NCBI RefSeq assembly: GCF_001194135.2
Contig: NC_068988.1
Span: 21,079,432-21,143,431, forward strand
DNA from: Octopus bimaculoides
Lineage: Eukaryota
DNA: 64,000 nt
Reading direction: 5' to 3'
Part shown: positions 49,597 to 62,374 of the stretch, piece after piece
Position numbering within the stretch: the stretch's first letter is position 1
Layout: each line of letters begins with the position of its first letter
Translations under genes and position numbers: made by a program
The notes under the pieces: model-generated
Told to the model about the DNA's origin: nothing
The model's database searches: none
What the model saw: the letters and a program-made list of their open reading frames with translations, nothing else

Positions 49597-50662
49597 TCAG
49601 TCAGTCAAGGGGTGTGTTGTCATGTATATGTACATACATCAATACATATGCATACATCTATTTTGTATGTATGTATGCATGTATGTAAGACAGAGAGAGA
49701 GGGATGTCTAAGTGGCACTCACTCTATCACACACACATATTTATTTATGTATGTACGTATACATACATACATAAATCTCTCTCTTTCCCATGTCCATTTC
49801 ATCTGATGTTTGATACTGTGTATGTGTGCACACGTGTGTGGGGCATTCCCCAATTACCATTTCTTTCAATCGCTCTTGTGAAGATATTCACATAACTCAT
49901 TTTTTCATTTAAATTCCCAATGTTCTCACTCTCTCCAAGAGGAGTCAGGGTAGATGTAGATGATCAGTATTCTCCAGTGAAGCAAAGACGAGTACAGGTA
50001 GCCAGAGTCAATGTTAGCTTCTATAAACAAAGGCTTAGATGCTGCAACATACACTCCTATGCAGAATGGCTGCCTGAATTGGAAAGTTGTTGTTGTTGGC
50101 ACTCCGTGACTTACGACGTCGAGGGTTCCAGTTGATCCGATCAACGGAACAGCCTGCTCGTGAAATTAACGTGCAAGTGGCTGAGCATTCCACAGACACG
50201 TGTACCCTTAACGTAGTTCTCGGGGATATTCAGCGTGACAAGGCTGGCCCTTTGAATTACAGGCACAACAGAAACAGGAAGTAAGAGTGAGAGAAAGTTG
50301 TGGTGGAAGAGTACAGCAGGGTTCGCCACCATCCCCTGCTGGAGCCTCGTGGAGCTTTTAGGTGTTTCGTTCAATAAACACTCACAACGCCCAGTCTGGG
50401 AATCGAAACCGCGATCGTATGACCGCAAGTCCGCTGCCCTAACCACTAGGCCATTGCGCCTCCACGAATTGGAAAGTACAACAGATGTTATTACAAGAAA
50501 GGCTCCTAGTTTGAGACTAGCTTGAATGGATATATATATATNNNNNNNNNNGTATGACCGCAAGTCCGCTGCCCTAACCACTAGGCCATTGCGCCTCCAC
50601 GAATTGGAAAGTACAACAGATGTTATTACAAGAAAGGCTCCTAGTTTGAGACTAGCTTGAAT

Positions 50663-50698
<36 letters not shown>

Positions 50699-53600
50699 GG
50701 CCGAAGTTCAAACAGATTAAAATGCAGTGTAAATGTAAACACTGGAAGTTAAATTTTTACATCTCCAAAGATAAAGTTCATCATCTTCAGTTTTATGCCT
50801 ATGTCCACTTTTTCCATACTGCTTACAAGTTAGACAAGACATCTTGAAGCAGTATTCTACAATCAGATGCCTCTACTGATGCCAGCTTGTTTTCAAGTAA
50901 GATATTTTACATCACATCTTTGCATGTCAGGCTGTTGTTAAAGGTTTTATTTAACTTATGAGGGTTACAAACATTACTGCTGCCAAATGGAATTAATGTG
51001 GAGAAGTGTGAAAACACACAAATCACACATGGGCTTCCATGCAGGTTTTGCCAACCAAATTTCATTCACTAGTGATTGGTCAATCTGGGGTTACAGAACA
51101 AGACGTGCAAGGTGCCATGCATATGTCTTCTATTATAGCCTCAGGCTGACCAATGCCTTGTAAGTGAAGTTTAGTAAACATATACTGAATGGAATTCCTT
51201 TTTAATACATCCTACATACTAAATGAAAAGTTCTGTTGATGTCTCTGTCCATTACACTACATGGATCTTAGTGAACCCTAATCAGTTGGTGACCACTTGA
51301 CCCTGTATAAATTTCTATTACATAATATAATTTATATCTACCTACCTACATGCACATTCATGATGTGTTGGAGCAGGTGCCCCCACCTTACAGACACGAT
51401 AATATCACAATAAATTGTATTAAGATGATAGTAATAATAATGGTTTCAAAATTTGGCATAAGGCCAGTAATTTTAGGGAGGAGTGGTCAGTTGTATGAAT
51501 ATATATTTTATGATTAAACTAGGTCATTATCCATCACTACCGGTATCAGTAAAAATATTTGTTAATCATGCATGTACCTTCATAAACTGTCCAAAGAGAA
51601 AGTCTTTTACTAACGCCTGTCCAGTACAGCCAGTAGACTATTATACAGTGAAAGACTTTTTTCAAAGTCAGTGTTGCATTGTGTTGATAGACTTGTACTT
51701 AAAATTCCAGCATTTTCATCAAAACTTGTTACTATGGTGACAACACTACCTAGCTATCTTTCACACACACACTCACTGTATTTCTTTCTCAACAACAGCA
51801 ACTTTTTCTCTTCCCTTTCCACATGTCTTTTATAACATAAGTTTTAAAAATAACTATGAAGTTAAAATAAAGATTCATATTATATGTTTGAGAGGATTTA
51901 TAAAGTTCACTGATTAGTTATTGTTAGTTGTGTTTATGCAACCTCTTGAAAGAAGCAAAAAAAAAATTTGATGTTTTCCCCAGTGCAGCATAGCAAGTGA
52001 CCTTGCTAGTAATACAAACAGAACAATGTTTTACTTACAATCTAGACATAACTTCAAAGGGTCTAAAAACTGATCAAACTCCATGTCCTGCATGGCTGAC
52101 AACACATCCTGAGCATTGATGGTTTTCCTCTTTGACCTTAATGCAAAATTATTGGAACTGAAACAGTAAAGAAAGAGTTTCAGGTTCAAAAGGCAGCGGG
52201 CTGGAAATGGGAGAATAAATAACAAATAAGACAAACGTCTGATACAATGCTTACCAAGATGTAGCATAGAGAACAAAAACACTGGCTGCTTTGGAAATGG
52301 CTAATCGAGCCTCTTTTGATACATTCACACCGTCAGGTATCTGAAAAAAGAATATAGTAGGAATAAAGAGATGAAACTACCTCCGACAAATGTTAGTCCT
52401 TCAGCATTCAGATTACTGTCAAAGGCAAAATTACTATTATAACTATTATTATTATTATTATTATCATTATTATTATTATCATAATAATTATTGGACTTAT
52501 TTGCCAAAAAAAAAAAAAAAAAANNNNNNNNNNAAAAAAAAAAATCATTGTTATTTTTTTTTTCTATTCTCTTTCGATGATGCAGTTATTTTTTTGTACA
52601 CCTGACAATAAATAGTGTTGATGTTGCTATCGTTGTTGTTGACAATTTGATGCTGTTAAATTATATTGCTATTATTATCATTCTTGTAATAATTGTTATT
52701 GGTTGGCGTTAGGAAGGGCATCCAGCTGTAGAAACTCTGCCAAATCAGATTGGAGCCTGGAGTAGTCATCTGGTTTCACCAGTCCTCAGTCAAATCGTCC
52801 AACCCATGCTAGCATGGAAAGCGGACATTAAACGACGATGATGATGATGATGTTTATCTATTTAGATTGTTTTGAATTAATCATGGCTGATCACATAGCT
52901 TTGATATTTCAATATGATTGCTAATTTTTAGCATGACCAGTTTACAGTTTACATGGTCATTGCCAGTGCTAGTGGCACGTAAAAGTACCCACTACACTCT
53001 AAGAGTGGTTGGCATTAGGAAGGGCATCAAGCTATAGAAACTTTGCCAGATCAGATTGAGCCTGGTACAACCTACTGGCTTGCCAGTCCTCAGTCAAACC
53101 GTCCTACCCATGCCAGCATGGAAAGCGGACGTAAAACGATGATGATGATGTGATAGCATGCCATGTTTTGAGCACAACAAACCTCACCAGAACGTATCTT
53201 CATTAGACAAAAACTGTGTTGTATAAACAGAATAAACACTTCGCTATTGATACTTTGATTTTCATTAGTAATTCGAACAAAAATACAGGAAAACCTTGTG
53301 CTAAAATGGCGATGGTTATATATATTTTTTTTAATGTTAAATCCAGGTGATAGTATAGTTTCATTTTGAAAGTTTCCACACTATTTCTGATGGCCCAATT
53401 TTCACTCAAAATGTGGAGTGCAACAGAAACGAAACCTGAATCATGTAAACTTTCCAACTACGGGGCTACATCTGTCTTAATGAAATGCAATAACTGCGAG
53501 GGTAAACAACTGGGCTTGTGACCAAATGGTCGCAAGATCAGATTCTGGAATATATAGTCCAACCCATGCAAGTTTGGAAGGCAGACATTAAATGATGAAC

Positions 53601-55261
53601 GAAAAAAATTAATAGCTAAATGGCGGTGCTCCAGCATGGCCACAGTCAAATGACTGAAACAAGTAAAAGAGCTCCTGCAGTGTGATTGTGAAGAAGGGTA
53701 CATAACTCTGATTGCGCTAATCTTCCACAGGCAGCATCCCCTTCCACAGTCATGGGCATCAAAACCTACTCACTCCCACAAAGCTGATCCTGATTGATTA
53801 GATCTGATTAAAAGCACTCCTACCATGACCATCTCATCTTTATTTCCAGATATAGTATAGTTCATACTACATTATCCAATATGATCTTCATTTTAACAGG
53901 TAGTAGTGAATGTCTAGAGACAGCTCTGGTTACTATTTCTAGAAGACCGATAAGCTGCACAGAAGATCCATCATCGGTTCTAAGTGGCTAGCAGTAGGAA
54001 TGACATACCATGCTGTCAAAATCAATCGCTCCAATAAATAAACCAGATCCACCCAAGCAGTAAATGTCGAAAATAATTTAAGCTCTTTACAGATTTCCTC
54101 AATGGCACTAGTATGGTCATGTGTTTCATATGGATGAAGACAGCTGTATGATGAAGCGCACATGCTAACTGTGGAAAGAACCTGTGGAAGCAGTAGACCC
54201 AGGAAGACATGGAATGAGGTGGTGAAGCATGACCTTCGAACATTGGGCCTCACAGAGCCAATGACAGGAGACAGAGACCTTTGGAGATATGCTGTGATTG
54301 AGAAGACCCAGCAATTAAAGTGAGATCGCAGCTGTGGCCAATGCCAGTGTTGCATGTCTGGCCCATTTAAAAGTACCCTCGATGCGTTGGATGATATGAT
54401 ATGCTTGCGAAGACCTGTTGAGTCAAGTAAAATCAAAATCGTAGTTGTGGCCTGTGCTCCCTGACTGGCTCCTATGCCGGTGGCACGTAAAATGTACCAT
54501 CTAAACATGGTCGATGCCAGTGCCCCCTGACTGCTTCTCGTGCCGATGGCATGTAAAAAGCAGCACCCAAATGTGGTCAATGTCAGTGCCCTCTGATTGG
54601 CTCTTGTGCCAGTGGTACGTAAAAAGCATTATTCAAACATGATCGATGCCAGGGTTGCCTGAGTGGCTCCTGTGCCGGTGGCACATAAAAAACACCCACT
54701 GCACTCCTGAGTGGTTGGCATTAGGAAGGGCATCCAGCTGTAGAAACATTGCCAGATCAGATTGGAGCCTGGTGCAGTCGCTGGCTTTCCAGACATCAGT
54801 CAAAACGTCCAACCCATGCCAGCAAGGAAAACGGATGTTAAACGATGATGATGATATATAAATATACATGACAGGCTTCTTTCAGTTTCCATCTACCAAA
54901 TCCACTCACAAGGCTTTGTTCAGCCCAAAGCTACAGTAGAAGACACTTGCCCAAGGTGCCATGCAGTAGGACTGAACCCGGAACCTTGTTGTTGGGAAGC
55001 AAGCTTTTTACCACACAGCCACATCCATTTCATTATGTATTAATGAAAAATTACTTCACAATGCCTGACTCAAAATTCAAACCCTATTTTTTTATATTAT
55101 CTTTGTGAAACTGGATGATGGGAGAAGGGCATAAAATATAATTGTATAAAATGAAATAAACATCACATGAAAACGTTAAGTAATGAATAACTCACGGCTT
55201 CCTTGATAATTCTTGTAATAACAGCATTTGGCAAATTTAGATCTTCAGGTCGCTCTGCCAT
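48040..55261 (-). CDS. POLE3: POLE3 / CHRAC17, DNA polymerase epsilon subunit 3 (histone fold plus acidic tail); 159 aa, or 156 aa with the distal exon
   Basis: Four exons chain in frame; the first 22 aa [22 protein letters not shown] are identical to recalled human POLE3. Confidence 0.96.
48857..49487 (-). mobile_element. Family D RTE 3' end with ORF terminus ([25 protein letters not shown]) and hairpin UTR
   Basis: Minus-strand translation; includes an internal duplication of about 105 bp in the UTR; (GAT)n tail. Confidence 0.9.
50088..50465 (-). mobile_element. SINE family A, full length
   Basis: 12-bp TSD GAATTGGAAAGT (50076-50087, 50466-50477); (CAA)n tail; CpG-rich head. Confidence 0.92.
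52039..52157 (-). CDS. POLE3: POLE3 coding exon 3 ([40 protein letters not shown])
   Basis: gtttcag / GTAAGT, 119 nt. Confidence 0.95.
52255..52340 (-). CDS. POLE3: POLE3 coding exon 2 ([28 protein letters not shown])
   Basis: tttttcag / GTAAGC, 86 nt. Confidence 0.95.
52702..53152 (+). mobile_element. Two short family D tail copies in tandem
   Basis: GGAAGGGCATC..CCCATGC..GATGATGAT at 52702-52853 and about 52955-53152. Confidence 0.8.
54100..54856 (+). mobile_element. Family D RTE 3' end with the longest ORF remnant and 5-6 UTR hairpin units
   Basis: [12 protein letters not shown]..., [51 protein letters not shown]. Confidence 0.9.
55196..55261 (-). CDS. POLE3: POLE3 coding exon 1 ([22 protein letters not shown])
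   Basis: ATG at 55261; acceptor tttgcag ending 55288 implies an upstream non-coding exon; donor GTGAGT at 55195. Confidence 0.96.
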
Positions 55262-55537
55262 TGTACACTAGGGCATCAATTGTTTACCTGCAAACATAAA
55301 CTGTATATTAGCATTCTGTATAGGACACAAGATAGAGAAATAAGGCTGTAGCTTCCCTGGAGCTGAAATAACTTTACCTGAAAAAAAAAAAATTTTTTTT
55401 TGATTTATTACAAGTAACATAATAATTTAATAAAAGAACAGCCCATTTGCTAAGCAAGTGCCAGAGAAACATTTATGGAAGTAATTTGCTTCTGGCTGAT
55501 CTGAAAATGGTAAATGAAGGGACACCAAGAAAAATTT

Positions 55538-56126
55538 GGGATCTTTCTGATTTGGCGGGCGCCACTTTTTATTTATGTTTTATCTACCAAACGCCTTTAA
55601 AACTTCGTATACTTGTATATTTTGTCTTATAGAACATAGAAAAATTTTTATATTTGAAGTTATTTCATGTTAAAAGTTGTCGACAAATCGGTAATTTCAA
55701 CCAATCACTGACATCTATTCAGCTGAATACGGTTACTGCTGTTCTTTGTCAACAATAATTTGTGGCAGTGTATATATCGTTAGTCCCTGGTAATCCTTTT
55801 GAATTAAGCACCAACCCTAACTCTAAAACCCGAACCCTAACCCTAAAACCAGTACAAACGCACGAACAATGTCATAAATAACAGTACCGCCGATAATTGT
55901 TGTTGACAAACAACGGCAGTAATTGTTTTCACCTCAATAGACGTCAGTGATTGGTTGAAATTAGCGAAATACGACATCTTTTAACATGAAATAACTTGCA
56001 ATATAGAAACTTTTCTTAACAAGGCTAAGAGAAAAAGATGTTTTATATGACACATTCTACCAGTATCCCAAGTTCAAAAGTGCTTCGTTAGAAAACAAAT
56101 GGTGCCTGCCAAATCAGAAAGATCCA
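55538..56126. mobile_element. Foldback / long-TIR non-autonomous DNA element with a central CCCTAA-like tract
   Basis: About 230-bp imperfect inverted arms: outer GGATCTTTCTGATTTGGCRGGCRCCA on both ends, inner 55657-55719 versus 55936-55997; centre AACCCTAACTCTAAAACCCGAACCCTAACCCTAA. Confidence 0.8.
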
Positions 56127-56391
56127 AAATCTGTAATGCATAGATCTATGCATGTGGTTTGTCAAATATGTAACTCTTGGAATATCAACAGAATGTAATG
56201 TCACCTTTCAGTAAGTACATTAACATTCAGTGCTTCAACAGGTATTGTGTAATTACTAGATTTCATACATTTGACACAGTCCAAGTATAGAAATAAAAAC
56301 ATCATATGATGAATGATGCAATAGAAGTAATGTAACCAAGAACAAACAATAAAAGAAATAATACATCATGTATTTGCTAAAGTATCCGTTG

Positions 56392-56450
56392 AGCAAAGTG
56401 GCACAGTGAAAGCATGCTGGGCCCATAACCCAGAGGTTCATAGATCAAAA
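56392..56450 (+). pseudogene. Decayed initiator tRNA-Met(CAT), 3' end missing
   Basis: AGCAAAGTGGCACAGTGAAAGCATGCTGGGCCCATAACCCAGAGGTT aligns to eukaryotic tRNA-iMet (anticodon arm intact, CAT at 56424). T arm mutated; 3' acceptor strand absent. Confidence 0.85.
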
Positions 56451-57349
56451 GTACACAACAAAAAGATTAGTTTTGGATAATTGAAAATATTTAATAGTTA
56501 ACTTGTTTTTTAAAAATCTTTCTTTTACAGATTTCAATTAATGTTCTGTAACTACACTGGTAACACCTTCGAGGCTTTTAGAAGACTATGTCAACTTCAG
56601 TGCGTTGATGTTTGATTTATCAACTTTTGAAGAGGACAAAAGACGAGTCAACCAGATGAAGGGGAGGCAATACTTAATACTACAAGGTATATCTATTCAA
56701 ACTTGTTTGCATCACTGAACACCAATACATACAGACAAATATAATTGACTTATGCACAATTTCTTAGACATCAAATTTCCCACATAAGATGCCAGATAAT
56801 CTGAGACTATAGTAAAAAAAATTTAAAAAAAAAAAAACCACTTGGCCAAGAGACCAACCAGTAAGATTTTTCAACTTGGAACCTCATAGATACAAAGCAA
56901 ACTGATAACACTTTACAATTGATTTTGAAAATAATCAGCTATTAGTAGGAATATCACAAAGTGACAAACATGTTGGTTATCAGGTTAGTATTTTGGAACA
57001 TAGCTTTAAGAAAACAGCAAATGGAGCTATTACTTAAAACAGGAAGATTTAAAAAATAAGAGTTTTCTATCTTGGAACCAGAAGTGGTCTTTGACAGGTT
57101 GGTATTAAAAGGGTTTTAAATAATGAATGTAAACAGTGAAGGAACTTGTACACAAGAGACCTGTTGATCAGTCTAAGAAACACGTAGGTGCCAGAAATTG
57201 ACATGAATGCTTGCAAGTGATGGCAACATATGGGATGATGACATCAGCAATGTGTAAAATAAAGGGAAATGATTATTATCAAACAATGTACAACTTATGC
57301 AGTTATCTCTATTTAGTGCACATAACACACAAACTATCATATAAAAGTG

Positions 57350-57700
57350 CAGGTGTGGCTGCATGGTTAAAAAAAATGTTTTACAACCACATGGTCTTGG
57401 GTTCAGTCCCACTGCCTGGCACCTTGTACAAGTGTTTTCTATTATAGACCTGGACCAACCAAAGCTTCATCATCATCATCGTCGTTTAATGTCCACTTTC
57501 CATGCTAGCATGGGTTGGACGATTTGACTGAGGACTGGTGGACCAGGAGGCGACACCAGGCTCCAATCTGATTTGGCAGTTTCTACAGCTGGATGCCCTT
57601 CCTAACGCCAACCACTCTGAGAGTGTAGTAAGTGGATTTCTTAGATGGAAACTAAGAGGCTAGCTGTGTATATTACATGTGCCTGTGTGTGTGCGTATAT
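57350..57700 (+). mobile_element. SINE family B interrupted by an antisense family D tail (57470-57628)
   Basis: B sequence CCAAAGC(C)TT|GTAAGTGGATT is split by CATCATCAT...GAGAGTGTA. Confidence 0.8.
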
Positions 57701-60619
57701 ATATATCCGCATATGAATATATATGTGGTTCACACATTTTGTCTTGACATCGTCTGATAGTCGTAAATGAGCGATATTATTATACGAGCAGTGTCATTCA
57801 TTTTCAATACTCTGTGAGAACAGAAAATATTACCTTGCTTGGAAACAGGTGAGGGTTGGTGACAGGAAGGGTACCCAACCATTAGAAAACTACATTCAAT
57901 AAACTTTCATTTTACTCAGTAGTACAAGACAATAATTATGACAGTGGATCCTTTGTTGGTTTGTCATTTAATTACCTGGAACTGTCTACCCATTGAATTA
58001 ACATGCAAATGGTTGAGTATTCCAAGGGGACAAGTACCCTTAAAAGAATTCCCAAGTAGAATCAGCATAACTATGTGAAAAGGCTGGACCTTTGAGTTAC
58101 AGATGCTATATATCTGATGGGCTTCAACAGTTTCCCTCCAATGTCATTCAAAGATTGGGTTGACCCAAAGCTATGGTAAAAGATATTTGTTTAAGGTGCC
58201 ATGCAGTGGGATTGAACCAAGACCTCATAATTGTAGATTAAACTTGTTAACCACTTATCTATGTGTGTGTATATCATCATCATTTAATACTTTTTCTATG
58301 CTGGCATAGGTTGGATGGTGTGGCAGAAACCAAGATGCCACAGGGATGCAACACGCTCCAGTGTCTGCTTTGGCATGGTTTCTACAGCTGAATGCCAACC
58401 ACTTCAGAGGGCGCATGGGTGCTTTTTTTTCATGGTGCTGACAATAGTGAAATCACCAAGTACTCATAAAACCTCCTAAAGTATGATAGAGGAATAGGTG
58501 TATTGCCAAAGAGGTAAATACATAATTTCCCCAGCCAGAAAATGAGAGAGAGATTGTGAAAGGGCATACACACATGTAAACAAATATAGAGGGATATAAA
58601 TCATACCTATTTAAATCCTGAGGAATTCATTAACCTGATTGGATCCAGTCTACTGGATTCTAATTCCAGATATATCAAATGTGGATCAGCTAACTTTGAC
58701 AGTGCTATGTTTTGCCATAAGGATCAGTTAAACAAGCTATGAAGCTTTCTTTTAAAAGGTCAACTTCAACAAACCTGTCCAGGACTGATTCGTGTCTTTT
58801 CACAGAGGAGATTAATCTCATCTGCTCAATAAGAGGCTAAACACTTATGAGTCATTGTTTTACATTTATAAATCATGCTTAGTTTTAGCTAGATAACACT
58901 CTTCTATTGTCTAAGCTACACCTTATATCATAAATAGTATCTATCGTTACCTGACTATTTTTATGTAAACGACGATCTGAACAAAATTCACTCACTGCAT
59001 TTTGCCAACAAACTCTAAATGTTAACCTCCTTGTACAATTATTACAATAACAACGGTCTGTTTTAAGCTACTCTAAAGCCCCAACTATGTATGAAATCAA
59101 GAGCTGGGGCCATAACAGAATACACCGTGTACCAATATAAACTCAAGCACAAACTAAAATACCCAACTGTTTCGTAAGTAAAATGTAATATTTACGAAGA
59201 GAATCTCCAAACAGCTGCACCTCTTTCTTTTGCTTTTTGATGTGTCATTATCAACCACGGCAATAGATTATATATTCCTATTATAATAAATGGGGCAGCT
59301 GGATAAAGAGACAGCGCTGAAAAACAGTCACACGAACATAAAACACATTAAAGAAAGAGGGGGAGACAGAAAATATTGGAAGTAGGTGTAGAATTCGTTT
59401 TTTTTTTTTTTGTACAGAAGACTATCCAAAGCAAGGTTGTTAATGAATGTGGTTGTAATTGGTGTAACAGTTATACTAGTGACAATTATTTCGCCTGCAG
59501 CAAATTTCAAATCTTTTAGTAAAACAATAAAATATATACACACAGAAATGGGTACTAATTTCAGTTGAAGACAAGCCTATCAATAAATAGGGCGCCATAG
59601 AATCGGTTAACAGTACAAAGTAATGAAAATTCTATGACTCTTATATTACTCATACGAAGCAGCGTTAGATTATAAACTCTGCGTCTTGCATGCTTTAATT
59701 TATAGAGGCACCATAATCTACTATAATCTTCTGAGCGATACAATGCAACGACTAAATCCGTTTAATCAGTGAATGTTTTAATAAATTAATGTCTAGCACA
59801 TATGAAACATTCCATTTAAAAAGTTAAGGAGTCTTCTTATGGTACTACAAATATGATTTAGACAATATGCAGTTTGATGTGGATATCTTGCCTGCTAAAG
59901 ATAGCCAGCAAATCTCTGTCTTAGAACTCAAAGCAATATTTCACTCTATACGAAACAACATTTTACCAAATATTTTAAATTTGTTAAAACACTTTTAAAT
60001 AATATTTGTGTTGTAATTTGCTTTCGTTTATTTTTTTGGGTTATTTTTTGTTTTGTTTTGTTTTTCGTATTGAAGTATCTGATTCTATAAGACGATTCCT
60101 ATCTAATCTAATAACGAATTGCAATTATCGACAGTTTCTATCTACTGCACAATCATTCTAACGAAAATTATTGGTGTGAGCAAGAATATCGATAAATTTC
60201 TAGTATCGGACTACCTTAACAGTCCTGTCATTAACTATAAAGATAGGTAGGCGAAGGTTTTCGCAAATTGGGGAAACAGACGCTGTAAATATTTTTTTAA
60301 GGTTTGTGTATTTTTGAAATTGGTAAACAGAAATTAAAAAACACAAAAACCCATCCGTAGTAAGGCAACTAGCATGATCCCACTTGTCATGTGTTATGAC
60401 AAGTTATACACTACCCTTTTTTTTACTAACATAAATAAATAATCACAACACGCACACACATATACACACGTGCCAATACATGTGTGTGTGTGTATATATA
60501 TTATATATATATATATATGTCTCTTTCTGGTGTGTGTATGTGTGCGGAAATCATTTGTAACGAAATCTCCATTCTAACAAAACATCACAAAGAACTGCCT
60601 ACAGAAGGATCACCACAAT

Positions 60620-61560
60620 ATTTATAAACCGAAACCGCTGTTCCTATGATTATTTGGTATCGTTGTTTTCGGTAACCTTTGACCTCGTATATTTTGTATA
60701 GTTCTAATTTAAATTTATCAACCTAGACAAAGAAGTTTGATGTATTTCTTACCGTGTTGGGGGGCAACAAGGAGCCCGGGATGTTGAATAGAAAGAGAAA
60801 TCAATAGAGTTCACACGAGAGAAGACTTCTTTCTTACAAACGGAAGTGATGTTTGGCGGGAAAATGATAATCTCGCCACCAATGAAATATTGGCATTTTT
60901 TTCCTTTTTCAAAACAAATCTTTTTAGAAATACAAAATATATTTTAAAATATCAACATAATATTTTAAAAGGAATTATTAAAATTATTTAAAGGTTAATT
61001 GAATTAAAATCAAGGGACACTCATACCGCACCTACGCATGCGTAATAGTTACGGCAGGTAGATCTTATTTCCTAATTCCTTACCTTTGTGTTTTGTGTCT
61101 CTTGAGTAGCAGAAATTCTAAAGCTATTTCGCTCTATCTCCAATATTTTAAGGCATTCTAGTTACCTCGGTAAGCATCTATAATTATTTACCAATCTTCA
61201 AATTTCCTTAATCCATTCATGAAACGTAATATTGTCTCGAATCCTCAGCCTCCCCTCTGCCTTCACTGCAATCGACATCGGTTAAGATGGCCGGATGCTC
61301 TTCAGAGAATTTCGCCAAAATCTCTTGTATTCTTACCATTTAGAAATTACCTACGCACTTTTACACGTAATTTCTTTGCAGTCACTGATTTTAGAATTTC
61401 ATTTTTTATCTCATAATAATAATATTTCTAAATGGCTTTTGGTAAGTGCCATATATAATCCCAAAAGACTTCTTGTCTCTATGATTGTCCTTTTTCTGAG
61501 CTGTCTTCTTCATAAGAGATGAATCACTGTTTCGCGAGGATTCCTCGTTGTTGGCGGGCA
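60620..61560. promoter_or_regulatory. Candidate bidirectional promoter for POLE3 (-) and CSNK2B (+)
   Basis: CpG-retaining region between divergent genes. ETS-like CGGAAGTG 60841, E2F TTTCCCGCCAAA (minus, 60852-60863), NRF1-like palindrome TACGCATGCGTA 61033-61044, YY1-like AAGATGGCCG 61284. Candidate first-exon donors on - (60752, 61083, 61336) and + (61170, 61442). Confidence 0.65.
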
Positions 61561-61707
61561 CTGTTCTTGCTCTTAACTCGACTTTTGTTAAATATCTTTC
61601 TATTCTCTTACTTTGCTTTTAACGAGACGATCAAAAAAAGTCATTGAATTAAATATACATTTAAGTCAACCTCCCAAACATTATTATTATCATCATCATC
61701 ATCATCA

Positions 61708-61756
<49 letters not shown>

Positions 61757-61757
<1 letters not shown>

Positions 61758-61993
61758 AGGCGTTGAGCTGGCAGAATCGTTAACACGCCGGGCAAAATGC
61801 TTAGCGACATTTCCTCCGTTTGCACGTTCTGAGTTCAAATTCCGCCGACGTCGACTTTACTTTTCATCCTTTCGGGGTCGATAAATTAAGTACCAGTTGC
61901 GTACTGGGGTCGATTTAATCGACTGGTCCTCTTCCCGAATGTTTCTGGCCTTGTGCCTAGAGTAGAAAAAAAAATTATTATCATTATTATTAT
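61757..61993 (+). mobile_element. SINE family C, full length, low divergence, inside an (ATT)n run
   Basis: A/B boxes, intact CpGs, (ATT)n on both sides. Confidence 0.9.
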
Positions 61994-62374
61994 TTCCATC
62001 GTGACGAATATTATTTCAGCCACTGCAGTACCGGTCGCACTAATTTGTTATATTTCTGTGTTACCAATTAGTATTTATCTTTGTATAAATGCTTGCTATA
62101 ACTATTGCGTATTTTATCCATTTAAAATTGCGTCTCTGCTTACTGAAACAATTCAGTATAAACCCTCGAGTAGGGAATTGAAATGTTTTCTACTTGTGGA
62201 TTCAATGTATATATATATATATATATAGCAGAGTTGTGTTTTTATCAGGGTTTATAAACTTAGCTCGTTTAACCAATCTTAGTTGAAATATGAGCTATTG
62301 ATTTAATTAATATTAAAAGTAAGATGGAAGTGATGAGATGACGTTACACCCATTTCAGAGAATATAGAATCACT

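Noticed and set aside
50416-50680. Apparent direct repeat of a SINE head plus flank
   Set aside because: Identical copies flank a 10-N gap; probable assembly overlap
60187-60194. DRE motif TATCGATA near POLE3 (also at 26353 in the hAT element)
   Set aside because: By rough estimate an AT-rich 8-mer like this is expected a couple of times per 64 kb by chance; no independent support
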